Made by a program: the position numbers and the translations under genes
Origin: Pseudomonadota bacterium
GTDB lineage: Bacteria > Bdellovibrionota_F > JAHFAK01 > JBDREC01
Direction: 5' to 3'
Length of the DNA stretch: 64,000 nt
Assembly: GCA_043820105.1 (NCBI GenBank)
Contig: JBDREC010000010.1
Location: forward strand, 62,001 to 126,000
The notes under the pieces: generated by a model
Databases searched by the model: none
Told to the model about the DNA's origin: nothing
What the model saw: only the letters and a program-made list of their open reading frames with translations
In this document: positions 31,540 to 41,501 of the stretch, one piece after another
How positions within the stretch are numbered: the first letter of the stretch is position 1
How the letters are laid out: the number at the start of each line of letters is the position of its first letter

Positions 31540-32877
31540 ATGAAGCTTAAAACACGAAAACATATTATTCTTTTAATCTCAATAAGTTATTTCTTTATTT
31601 TCTCCTGTAGTTCAAACAATGATAACCAGGAAAGTCAGCAGGCAAGTGGAGCAAGTGATGAAATCACTGTAAATTTGTCAGGAACAATTGATACTTCTGG
31701 CATTATTACAAGAAGCGATCTAATAACCAGAACAGATATTATCACCAGATCCGATATCATCACCAGGTCAGACATAATATCCCCAATTGGATCACCTGGC
31801 ACTGGCATTATTCAAGCCAATATCCCCACAAATTTGCTTTTTTTAAAACAAAACAATGCTTTAAAACTAGATTCAAGTAATGCAAGTGATGCAGCGATTT
31901 TGCTTTTTATTGAAACACAAACAGCTGATGGCAATGAAACTGGTGCTTTATTACTTGCTTCTAATGGCGACTATAGTGGAACTTTCAGTCTTGCTGAAGG
32001 TGATGTTGTATCATTATCTGCTGGAATAGCATATGAAGAATATATAAGTAGCTCTGCTTATAATTTTGACAAGCAGATAAGCGATGGCCTGGTAATAACA
32101 ATTCTTGATAAAGATCAAAATGAAAGCTTTGAAATATCAGAAACAACAGCGTCAAGCATCAGTATTGACCTGGGAACAGCAAGCCTTTCTGGGAATTCTC
32201 TGGTTCTTGATAAATCCGTTACTGATGAAGTTCAAGGTCTATCAGTTTCAAATGAAAGCCCTGCTCAAACAAGCACTTTCAGCATAAAGTACATTGAAGA
32301 TGATATTGAAAGCACTATTATCTGCACAGCTAATAACATATCTAATAACTATTTTAATGGAAGTGATTCTTACGCAGTTTGTGCAAATACTACTTTATCT
32401 GGTGTCAACAATAATTTTTCAATATTATTTGAAACTACTCCTGATGAACTTGATGGTGTAATCTTTTTTGACATGGAAGTTCAAAGCACTTATTTTGCAA
32501 TTATTGGTTTTGATAGAAACACTTTTAGCACAAGCCTAGGAAGCAGTCAAACGCAAGAAAATCAAGTCCTTTCAGATTTTTCTTTTTCTGAAAACACAAC
32601 ATATCAAGTTATAGTATCTCATGATTATGATACATCTGAAAATAATATTCTTCGATCAATAGCAGTCTATGATGGTTCAATAAACATAAGTTCAAATACT
32701 GTTGCCGAAATCCCTCGTATTACTTTTTCTGAAAATATTTACATAGGAGCATCAAATGAAACAGGAAGCCCGGCCAGCTTTTTTAAAGGCATAATTTCCA
32801 ATGTAATAATTATTAATGAATCCATAGATACTGATGAAAATACATTTTTTTCCTACTTTCCTTCATTAAATCAATAA
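31540..32877 (+). CDS. Ser/Thr-rich lipoprotein with IITRSD hexapeptide repeats and a LamG/ConA-like C-terminal domain
   Basis: Lipobox FIFSC; FNGSDSY ... IYIGAS ... FFKGIISNVII resembles LamG-type lectin domains. Confidence 0.7.
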   Translation: MKLKTRKHIILLISISYFFIFSCSSNNDNQESQQASGASDEITVNLSGTIDTSGIITRSDLITRTDIITRSDIITRSDIISPIGSPGTGIIQANIPTNLLFLKQNNALKLDSSNASDAAILLFIETQTADGNETGALLLASNGDYSGTFSLAEGDVVSLSAGIAYEEYISSSAYNFDKQISDGLVITILDKDQNESFEISETTASSISIDLGTASLSGNSLVLDKSVTDEVQGLSVSNESPAQTSTFSIKYIEDDIESTIICTANNISNNYFNGSDSYAVCANTTLSGVNNNFSILFETTPDELDGVIFFDMEVQSTYFAIIGFDRNTFSTSLGSSQTQENQVLSDFSFSENTTYQVIVSHDYDTSENNILRSIAVYDGSINISSNTVAEIPRITFSENIYIGASNETGSPASFFKGIISNVIIINESIDTDENTFFSYFPSLNQ

Positions 32878-32884
32878 ACACTGT

Positions 32885-32898
32885 TTTTGAAAAAAAGA
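32885..32898 (+). promoter_or_regulatory. Copy of the conserved box upstream of the giant activator gene
   Basis: TTTTGAAAAAAAGA; no canonical GG-N10-GC at the usual spacing; TTGAAA-16-TATAAT at 32964-32991. Confidence 0.45.
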
Positions 32899-33033
32899 CC
32901 GCTCAGAAAGCCAACATAACAACTCGTTATCATTATATTTATAAATATTGCACGCTTAATTGTTTGAAAAATTCATTTCTTTTTATATAATAAACAAGTT
33001 TTTTATCAAATAAATTAAATTGGTAGCTAAAAC

Positions 33034-36000
33034 ATGAAAAATAGTCTTAGTCAGTATATTGACTTACTTTTGAAAAAAAGAAAAATTTCGGAAAATTCTG
33101 TTAATATTTATAATAAAAAGCTATTGGATTTCGTAGCATTTCTTGGTGAAAATAAAAAACCACAGGAACTAACAAAAGAAATTATTTTGGACTTTATGAA
33201 TAATGTTAAAAAAAAGGGATATTCAGTTCAGACCTATAACCTTTATGTATCCTCCCTAAAACTCTTCCTCAGGCACTTAAATGAAACCCTTGAAATTGAA
33301 GACTTTTCAAAAACAATAAAAAACGAGAAAAAGCAGGATGTCAGTCAAGTATCAAAAAAGGACCTTGAACTTTTTATTGAAAAAACAGAAAGCATTGAAG
33401 ATAATAGAAAAACTTTTTTTCTTCTTTATATCTTACTTGGAATGAGTACAGACAATATTGCCTTATTAAAAAAACAGGACCTAAAGCTTGAAGATAGCAG
33501 AATTGGCATTCGGTATCCTGACAATAAAAAGGCTGGTTATAAATTTTATCCAATATCAGTGGAAAATTTTGGTTTTAGGTTAAAAACTGAACTAGAAGAA
33601 TTAGCTGAATCATCAAAAAAATATCTTTTTGAAACCTCAAAATTAAAACCTCTTACAAAATCAAATTTCAATTATATTTTTAATAAATACAAGCACCTTT
33701 TACCAAAAGAATGTGACACTTTATTAAAACTGAAAAACGACAATATCCTAATAAAATGTGAAATAGACATTGAAGATGGGCTGGAAACTATTATTGAAAA
33801 AAGGTATACCCTTAAAAGACCATTGGGAAAGGGAACTTATAATCAAGTATATCTAGCATATGATGAAGAAAAAAAACAAGATGTTGCCCTTAAGCTTCTT
33901 GACAGTAAAAAAGCAACTCCAAAAACAATCAGTGCCTTTAAAGAAGAATTTAAAATTCTAAAAAAATTAAACCATCCGCAAATTCCCAAGGTATATGAAT
34001 TCGCATATGTAAAAGAAACAAATGCCTTCTACTTTTCAATGGAATATATTGATCTTGATGAATCCTCAAAATATGTAAACAAGCTCTCAACTAGTCAGGC
34101 ATGTATAATCCTGCATAGGGTTCTTGATCTATTAGACTATATTTCAGCAAAGAATATTATTCATTATGATATTAACCCTTCAAATATTATGCTAAAAGAA
34201 AGAGACCATGGCCACACTGATGTTAAACTTATAGATTTTGGTTTAGCAAGCTTAGATGAAAAAGATGTCCATGGCACAAATTATTTTATTGCTCCAGAAA
34301 TAATTCAAACTAAAAAAAGCTGCCCTTCATCTGATTTATATTCTCTTGGGCTTACTATTTATTATTTACTAACATCTAAGTTCCCGTTTTCCACAGCCTC
34401 TTTTGAAGACTATCTAAAAGACATTAAAACTAATACTTTTATAACAATCTCAAGTGCATTGGGAAATTTTGATGCTGATTTAGAAAAAATTATTCTCAAA
34501 ATGATCGCCTATAAAAATAACGATAGATATGAATCTCCAAAAGAGGCTCTTAAAGATATTGATGCATATATAAAAAAATGTTTAGTAGAATCACCAAATG
34601 CTCAAGCTGGTCAAAAACTTGTTATACCTGATTTTTTTGGACGAGAAAAACAATTAGAAATTCTTGAAAACAACTTTAATATCACTTTTCAAGATGATCA
34701 GACCAAACACGAAGTTAACATTAACCTAATATCAGGTGAGCCTTATATCGGAAAAAAGCGATTAATCGATGAAATTGCAAATAAAGCAAATCTTTCTGAA
34801 ATAGAAATAATAAGAATAGAACTTACTAAATCAAACCCACTTAATTCTGTTATTGAATATTTATATGAACATAAAAAGATAAAAAAAGATGAGTTTAAAA
34901 CGATATTGTCAGGTGAGGCAGAATACAAATCATCAATTATCAAAAAAGTTTCTGAAATCTTTTTAAGGCATGTCTCCACAAAGAAAACTCTTCTTATTCT
35001 TGAGAAATTAGAGTTTGCAGATAAAGATATATTAATCTTTATAAGATTCTTTTTAAATGATCTAAAGGCACATAACTCCAAATTACTATTTGTACTTTCA
35101 ATTAATTCTGATTCTTCAAAGCAAGAAAAAATATTGCCAATATTAGAAAAGAAAAGCTCTTCTTTTGCAAACATAAGCATAATAGAATTGCGTCGTTTTT
35201 CCAAAGAAGAAACCGAGAACTATCTCAAAACAACTTTTAATTCAGAAATTGAACCTGAACTTCTTGATTATATTTATAATAGCAGCGGAGGAAACCCAGG
35301 ATATATCGCGAGCTTATTAATAAACCTTAATGAAAATGCTCACCTTTCAATAAAAAATAAAATAACAGGCTTAAATACAAGTATAAGCTTTTCACAAACA
35401 GAGGACCTTGTTAAAATTGGCTTTGAAAGATTAAAGCAACTATCTAAAATTCAAATAATTATTATTTATATTATTGCTAACTATGAGTTTAAAATTACAG
35501 CAGATACTTTATTTATTTTATTATCAAGGCTTGAAAATATTTCAAGAGCAGACTTTTTACAGATAATTGAATCCTTAATAAAAAGAAGCTATATCAAGCT
35601 TAAACAAAATCAAGATACAAGTTCAAATGAAGCTCATTCAAGAACAATCAGCATTATAGCTTTAGCAGACATTACTTTAGAACAAGCAATTGAGCTAGCA
35701 ATAAATAAAAAGGATGCTCAACTTGCAAACCTTATCATAGCAGAAGACCTAGAAGAAACATCAATCCTTGACAACAAGTATAAAGAAGTTATCTCAAATC
35801 ATTATTTAAAAGCATCGAACTATCAAAAGGCTGTTGCTTATTTAGAAGATATTGCGAAAGAATATTTAGAAAAGGGCTTATTAGATAAAGCTATTGAAAA
35901 ATATGAAAGCATTCTACTCTCAATCAAGTCCTTTGATATAAAAATTAAGGAAGAATACAAACTAAAAGCATTTATTAATTTGAGTCGTGCAAACTTCCTC

Positions 36001-38931
36001 TTAGGAAGCTATAAAAAAGCTGAAGATTATAATATAAAAGCCTTACACACAACACAGGATAGAAACACCCAGTTAAGTCTCCTGGAAAATCTTGGGAAAA
36101 TAAAAACCAAGCAAGGCTTTTACACTAAAGGCATTGAGCTTTATGATGAAGCCTTAAAAATCGCTAAAGAAGATAAATTAAAAGATCAAGAATGCAATCT
36201 TTGCTTGTTAAAGATTTCAGCCCTATGGGGTTTAGCCTCTTTTCAAGAAGCTGAAAAATTATTAAAAGAACTATTAAAAATAAAAGATATTAATGCAAAA
36301 TTCAAAGCAACTCTAAATAATTATGCCGGCCTTGTAAATTACTTTAAATCAAACCTAATCAAAGCAAATGAAGATTTTGCTATAGCCTTAAGTTTTGCAG
36401 AAAACCAACAAAATATTTATGCTCAAATTGATATAAATAACAATATCGGGCTTGTAGAGTTTAGGCTAAATAATATTCCAAAAGCTATAGATTCGCACAA
36501 AAAAGCCCTGTCCTTGTGCGAAAAAGTTTCCCATGTTTTCAGCAAGGCACAGCAAAACCTAAACCTGGGGAACTGTTATTACAATGAAGGCAACTTTGGA
36601 AAAGCCCTATCATCATACCAAGAAGCACATGAGGTTTTTAAGGATCTTGACAATCCTCGTGAAACTGAAACAGCCCTTTTTAACCTGGCGCTCATTTACT
36701 CTGAAATTGGAGATAATGTAAAAGCCGAATCTTATGCTAAACAATGTCAGGAATTAGCAAAGAACAGGGAAAACAGCTTAGTGTTTTTAGCGTGTCATGG
36801 AATCTACGGAAACATCAACCTTAATAAGGGGATTTTTCATGAAGCTATTAAAGAATTTGATATCAGCTTAAATTCCTTTAAAGAGCTTTCACTTTTTAAC
36901 TCAATGGCCGAGTTGTTTGTAAGCAAAGCTATTTGTCTTTTTAAACTCAACCTACACAAGGAAATGGCTGAAAACATTGATGAAGCTTTAAAGCTCGAAT
37001 CTAATGATACTAAAATCCTTCTTGAGTCAAATACCTTAAAAGCGAAGCAAGCTATGCTAAACTCTGACTTAAAATCAGCAAAAAAATATTTTGATATAAT
37101 TGACAAGTTAAACACTGAAACAATCGGCTTTCAGGGGAAAATCTCTTTTCATGAAAGCTACGCAAGCTTTCATTTTAAAAACGGTGATTTAAAAAAAGCC
37201 TTAAGCCATATCAAGCAACTAGGGATTCTAATTGCAGATCTAAAGGAAACTCTACCTCTTAGTCAACAACAATCATTTGTTTCACATTATAAAATAAAAG
37301 AAGCCCTGGAAACCATTAATAGAATTAAATTTAAAGAAACAGGTGCAACTGACATAAGTAAAATTGAAAAATTAATTGAAATTACATCTTTTTTAAGCTC
37401 AGAATCAAACCTTGATAAGCTTCTTAATGTTATTATAGATAACGCTATTTTATTTTCAAATGCAAAAAGAGGATTTATCTTACTTAATAAATATTATTTA
37501 GAAAAAGAATTGAAACTAAAGAGCGATGACCTGTTAAAAAACTTTACTGTAATGATAGCTAGAAATATTGAGGGAAGAAACGTTGATAAACTTGCCTTAG
37601 AAGTTAGTGAAACAATATTAAAAGAAACACTAGATGCAGATAAAGTAATTTATATTAAAAACGCCTTTAAAGATTTTGATCAAGCCAAAAGCATACAGAT
37701 GGCTCAGCTAAAAAGCATAATCTCTTTTCCAATTATTGAAAATAAAATAATTATCGGAGCTGTCTATCTTGATGATCCTGGTAAAATATCAGCCTTTGAC
37801 GACATAGATCAAAACCTTATCAAGGCTTTTGCCAAACAAGTTTCAATCGCCATATCAAATTCAAAACACTTAAGTCAACTAAAGCAGAAAAACAAGGAAA
37901 TTGAAACCCTCAACACTGAGCTAGATAAAAGACTAAAAATAACAGAAGAGCTCTATGAAAAATCAGAAGAACTTATAGAAGCAAAAATTAAAACTGAAGA
38001 TAAAAGTTTTGATTACAAAAACATTATCACCCAAAGCCCAAAGATGATGAAAATCTTTGATGTAATAGACAAGATCAAAGATTCTGATGTTCCGGTTCTC
38101 ATAATAGGTGAATCTGGAACAGGAAAAGAACTTATCGCACGTGCTATACACTATAATGGAGCAAGAAGCATAAACCCATTTATGGCTGAAAACTGTGGGG
38201 CCATTTCTGCTACTTTAATTGAAAGTGAACTCTTTGGCTATGTAAAAGGAGCCTTCACTGATGCCAACAAAGATAAAAGAGGAATCTTTGAGCTTGCTAA
38301 CAAGGGAACAGTTTTTCTTGATGAAATAGGTGAAATGCCGCTTGATATGCAAAAGAAACTTTTAAGGGTCTTGCAACAAAAAGCGATTAGAAAAGTTGGA
38401 GGCAATAAATCAATCTCTATAGATTTTAGAATTATTTCTGCTACAAATAAAAATATAAAAGAAATGGTTGAAAAAAGTATTTTTAGAAACGATCTTTATT
38501 TTAGAATAAACACTGTTGAAATACACCTTCCTCCTCTCAGGGAAAGAAAAGAAGATATTCCAATCCTTATTAATTTCTTTTTAAAAAAAATAAACCCTGA
38601 AAGTGAAATAAAAATTGATAAAGCTGTTATTGAAAGTTTCATGGAATATAATTGGCCAGGAAATATTAGAGAACTTGAAAATGAGATCTACAAACTTAGT
38701 GTACTAGCTGAAAACAATAAAATTGATGCTCAAACTTTTAATCAGGGAAAAACTTTTATTTCCAATCAAATTGGAATTCCGAAAAAAACATTAGTAGATA
38801 TAGAAAAAGAATATATTGATAAAATATTAAATGAAGTAGCCTGGAATAAATCACAGGCTTCAAAAATATTAGACATTGATATAAAAACTTTAAATGCTAA
38901 AATTAGCAAATATGAATTGGAGGTAAATTAG
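33034..38931 (+). CDS. Multidomain sigma54 enhancer-binding protein: inactive XerD-like recombinase + Ser/Thr kinase + STAND NTPase + TPR + GAF + sigma54 AAA+ + Fis-type HTH
   Basis: aa1-240 align by eye with XerD; LGKGTYN/VALK/HYDINPSN/DFG/APE; FFGREKQL..GEPYIGKK; TPR helices; GAF (IGAVYLD); GESGTGKE, GAFTDA, LDEIGEM, WPGNIRELEN; WNKSQASKILDI. Confidence 0.9.
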   Translation: MKNSLSQYIDLLLKKRKISENSVNIYNKKLLDFVAFLGENKKPQELTKEIILDFMNNVKKKGYSVQTYNLYVSSLKLFLRHLNETLEIEDFSKTIKNEKKQDVSQVSKKDLELFIEKTESIEDNRKTFFLLYILLGMSTDNIALLKKQDLKLEDSRIGIRYPDNKKAGYKFYPISVENFGFRLKTELEELAESSKKYLFETSKLKPLTKSNFNYIFNKYKHLLPKECDTLLKLKNDNILIKCEIDIEDGLETIIEKRYTLKRPLGKGTYNQVYLAYDEEKKQDVALKLLDSKKATPKTISAFKEEFKILKKLNHPQIPKVYEFAYVKETNAFYFSMEYIDLDESSKYVNKLSTSQACIILHRVLDLLDYISAKNIIHYDINPSNIMLKERDHGHTDVKLIDFGLASLDEKDVHGTNYFIAPEIIQTKKSCPSSDLYSLGLTIYYLLTSKFPFSTASFEDYLKDIKTNTFITISSALGNFDADLEKIILKMIAYKNNDRYESPKEALKDIDAYIKKCLVESPNAQAGQKLVIPDFFGREKQLEILENNFNITFQDDQTKHEVNINLISGEPYIGKKRLIDEIANKANLSEIEIIRIELTKSNPLNSVIEYLYEHKKIKKDEFKTILSGEAEYKSSIIKKVSEIFLRHVSTKKTLLILEKLEFADKDILIFIRFFLNDLKAHNSKLLFVLSINSDSSKQEKILPILEKKSSSFANISIIELRRFSKEETENYLKTTFNSEIEPELLDYIYNSSGGNPGYIASLLINLNENAHLSIKNKITGLNTSISFSQTEDLVKIGFERLKQLSKIQIIIIYIIANYEFKITADTLFILLSRLENISRADFLQIIESLIKRSYIKLKQNQDTSSNEAHSRTISIIALADITLEQAIELAINKKDAQLANLIIAEDLEETSILDNKYKEVISNHYLKASNYQKAVAYLEDIAKEYLEKGLLDKAIEKYESILLSIKSFDIKIKEEYKLKAFINLSRANFLLGSYKKAEDYNIKALHTTQDRNTQLSLLENLGKIKTKQGFYTKGIELYDEALKIAKEDKLKDQECNLCLLKISALWGLASFQEAEKLLKELLKIKDINAKFKATLNNYAGLVNYFKSNLIKANEDFAIALSFAENQQNIYAQIDINNNIGLVEFRLNNIPKAIDSHKKALSLCEKVSHVFSKAQQNLNLGNCYYNEGNFGKALSSYQEAHEVFKDLDNPRETETALFNLALIYSEIGDNVKAESYAKQCQELAKNRENSLVFLACHGIYGNINLNKGIFHEAIKEFDISLNSFKELSLFNSMAELFVSKAICLFKLNLHKEMAENIDEALKLESNDTKILLESNTLKAKQAMLNSDLKSAKKYFDIIDKLNTETIGFQGKISFHESYASFHFKNGDLKKALSHIKQLGILIADLKETLPLSQQQSFVSHYKIKEALETINRIKFKETGATDISKIEKLIEITSFLSSESNLDKLLNVIIDNAILFSNAKRGFILLNKYYLEKELKLKSDDLLKNFTVMIARNIEGRNVDKLALEVSETILKETLDADKVIYIKNAFKDFDQAKSIQMAQLKSIISFPIIENKIIIGAVYLDDPGKISAFDDIDQNLIKAFAKQVSIAISNSKHLSQLKQKNKEIETLNTELDKRLKITEELYEKSEELIEAKIKTEDKSFDYKNIITQSPKMMKIFDVIDKIKDSDVPVLIIGESGTGKELIARAIHYNGARSINPFMAENCGAISATLIESELFGYVKGAFTDANKDKRGIFELANKGTVFLDEIGEMPLDMQKKLLRVLQQKAIRKVGGNKSISIDFRIISATNKNIKEMVEKSIFRNDLYFRINTVEIHLPPLRERKEDIPILINFFLKKINPESEIKIDKAVIESFMEYNWPGNIRELENEIYKLSVLAENNKIDAQTFNQGKTFISNQIGIPKKTLVDIEKEYIDKILNEVAWNKSQASKILDIDIKTLNAKISKYELEVN

Positions 38932-38976
38932 ACAAATTAGGTACAATATTGTAAATAAAAGCACCAATAAGGGGAT

Positions 38977-39064
38977 TTTTAAATAAAAGATTTGCCCAAA
39001 TCACAAGACAACATATTGATTTGTCACATTATTTAAGGTCTTTATTTTTGGAACAATATTTGCA
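38977..39064 (+). promoter_or_regulatory. Sigma54 promoter with conserved upstream box and IHF site
   Basis: TTTTAAATAAAAGA 38977-38990; AATCAATATGTTG (minus strand, 39009-39021) matches WATCAANNNNTTR; TGGAACAATATTTGCA 39049-39064. Confidence 0.75.
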
Positions 39065-39111
39065 ATATTTATAACATGTGTAAAGTTAATTAAAAAGAGA
39101 AAGAGGACAAA

Positions 39112-40167
39112 ATGAAAAAAACACTAATTAGCGCAATGATTATTTTTAGCTTAATCTTCTTTTCAGCATGTTTGTTAGAAGATGGAACAGATGATACAAG
39201 CAACGACGATGGATCATCAGATTCAGCAGATACAACTGCTTTAACCCTTGATACGCTCGCAGGCATCTTGCTTAACACTACCTTTGATACTTCAACTGAA
39301 TCCTTATTTAAATATGTGACACAGACCACGACCTGTTCAGATACATCAGAAGATCATGCAGGCAATATTTATGGGCTGGATTGTGATGGCAATGGTCTGG
39401 AAGTTGCATATCAAACCCCTACTGCATATACAGTAGCCTTAAAAAGTGTTTATCTAATAACGGATTCAGATGACCTTATTCCGATTCTTGAATATGACCT
39501 ATTATCATCAATCGATGCTGATGGAGTATTTGAATTTACTTCAGAGGAATCATCCCAAACAATTGAAATTCCTTCTGACCTTGCAGCCAGCTACGTTACT
39601 GCCCCTGCAATAAATGGAATAAAACTAGAAATCTATTATTATGAATTTGAAATATTAATGTATAATGAATATGAAACAATCAGGATCTATGTCAGTGATG
39701 ATGATTTTGAAACCGAAGGTTACTTAGGACACCATCAGGGAGATGTAACATATTTTGATGCTGATGGAATTGAACATTGGGCCAATGGTGGACTAAATTG
39801 GTTTTCAAATCCAGATGATACTCTTGAAAGAGGAGAGTTTGCAAACGGAGCAGGGGAAACCGACGAAGAAACAGGACATGAAAGAGGCATGTTTGGTAAT
39901 CTAGCTCAATGGAATGCTGATGATTTTATGCAAGGTGAAAATCAAGACACTTTTTTTGTTGAGATGACTTTTGAAAATCCAAATGGCACAAACATTCAAA
40001 TTAATTTTGATATTACACACACCATGTTCTATGAAGATTACATAAATGATAAATCCTTTGACCCATGCATAGAAAATGACCTTGGTGAATCAAGCGAAGA
40101 AGGTTGCGGAGCAAACTGGTCCATCAATCCACCGGAAATAGAGTCCGTTGTAATAGATGAAATTTAA
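39112..40167 (+). CDS. Highly acidic hypothetical lipoprotein
   Basis: GAGG RBS, lipobox FFSAC, Asp/Glu-rich. Confidence 0.8.
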   Translation: MKKTLISAMIIFSLIFFSACLLEDGTDDTSNDDGSSDSADTTALTLDTLAGILLNTTFDTSTESLFKYVTQTTTCSDTSEDHAGNIYGLDCDGNGLEVAYQTPTAYTVALKSVYLITDSDDLIPILEYDLLSSIDADGVFEFTSEESSQTIEIPSDLAASYVTAPAINGIKLEIYYYEFEILMYNEYETIRIYVSDDDFETEGYLGHHQGDVTYFDADGIEHWANGGLNWFSNPDDTLERGEFANGAGETDEETGHERGMFGNLAQWNADDFMQGENQDTFFVEMTFENPNGTNIQINFDITHTMFYEDYINDKSFDPCIENDLGESSEEGCGANWSINPPEIESVVIDEI

Positions 40168-40238
40168 AATATCATCAAAAAGCAAATTATTGAGACATTT
40201 TCTTGTCTAAAAAAAGATAAGCGTGCTTTTTTTCCCAA

Positions 40239-40327
40239 TTTTAAATAAAAGATTCCTTTGCTAATCCCCTTAAACCACCAAAATGACAGTGTTTTCTGCC
40301 AAGCACTTTTCTGGCATTTAATTTGCT
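40239..40327 (+). promoter_or_regulatory. Sigma54 promoter with conserved upstream box
   Basis: TTTTAAATAAAAGA 40239-40252; TGGCATTTAATTTGCT 40312-40327. Confidence 0.75.
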
Positions 40328-40426
40328 AAATAAAAGGTGCCCAAAACAACAAAAAAAGGAGTGCTTTAATAAAATTATGCAAACTATAAAGGTAATTTTC
40401 TTGAGTAAAAATAAGGAATAAAAAAA

Positions 40427-41362
40427 ATGAAGTTAAAAGTAAAAATTCTAATAATAAGTGTCTTATTGACCTTTGTAACCCAGGCATTAATAGCGGATAA
40501 TGAGCTCTATTTAAATAAAGATCACTTAATCCAGGATACCAATAGCTTTTTGGATCATCTTGATTGTTTATATGTTCTTTCTATCAGTGAAGATACCTAT
40601 GATTTTTTATATAAAAATGCTCCTGACTTAAACACCTTGATAAACATCATTGAAAAACCATTTGCTCAAACTGTGGAAATTTGCACATTTTTATCAGAAA
40701 ATCTAAATACTGTTGCACCAGGATTTTCATTTTACATACCAATGGATCAAGTTGAAATAGTTATTAAAGAAACTAATCATGAGCCTTTAGAAGCAAGCTT
40801 TAATAAAAAAGATGGAAGATATATATTAACCCTAAATATAATAGCTAAAAACCCCAACCCTAATCTTTCATTAAAAAATTCAGATATAAAGGATGCAATA
40901 AGCGAATATTTTTCAAAAAGAAAGCTAATAAAATTCTATCAAAAGTCATTGGAAAAAGAGCTTTTAGATGTGCAATGTAAAATTGAAATTGGAAATGACA
41001 TTATTAAAGCTTTTGTAAAGGCCGACCTAAGAAGTGAAATTCCATCGACTATTGATGAAATTGTTTCAAATGCTGAAGACGCTTGTGATCAGGTAATAAA
41101 AAGATGCTCTGAGATCAAACCCACTCATAATAGTTTTGATCCACTTAAGTGCACTAAAAATAATACAATAATAGAGCTATATGATATGAATGAATACAAG
41201 CATACAATTGAAAAAGCCTATTTTAGACATAGTCATGAAGGCTTGCACTGTAGATTTAAACTGGAACTGGGATTTTATAATTTGAAAGAAGGTCATATTA
41301 CCTTTAGTGAAACAGAATGGAAAATTTTGAAGGCTGTTAGAAAGTATTATTACCCAAGATAA
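40427..41362 (+). CDS. Secreted hypothetical protein
   Basis: Signal peptide ending LIA/DN; AAGGA RBS. Confidence 0.75.
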   Translation: MKLKVKILIISVLLTFVTQALIADNELYLNKDHLIQDTNSFLDHLDCLYVLSISEDTYDFLYKNAPDLNTLINIIEKPFAQTVEICTFLSENLNTVAPGFSFYIPMDQVEIVIKETNHEPLEASFNKKDGRYILTLNIIAKNPNPNLSLKNSDIKDAISEYFSKRKLIKFYQKSLEKELLDVQCKIEIGNDIIKAFVKADLRSEIPSTIDEIVSNAEDACDQVIKRCSEIKPTHNSFDPLKCTKNNTIIELYDMNEYKHTIEKAYFRHSHEGLHCRFKLELGFYNLKEGHITFSETEWKILKAVRKYYYPR

Positions 41363-41373
41363 AAATCTCCTAT

Positions 41374-41461
41374 TTTTGAAAAAAACACTGCTCACTCCAG
41401 CAGAATAACACCCCAATATAATATTACTTTTTCATTAAGTCCATTAGGCATGTTCTTTGCA
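41374..41461 (+). promoter_or_regulatory. Sigma54 promoter with conserved upstream box
   Basis: TTTTGAAAAAAACA 41374-41387; AGGCATGTTCTTTGCA 41446-41461. Confidence 0.7.
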
Positions 41462-41501
41462 AACAATAAAAGAATAGAGTTATTAGTACAAATACTGTGG
41501 A

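Noticed and set aside
33034-33750. Active integrase marking a prophage or integrative element
   Set aside because: Catalytic Arg, HxxR and Tyr are missing, the domain is fused in-frame to a regulator, and no phage or conjugation genes are present
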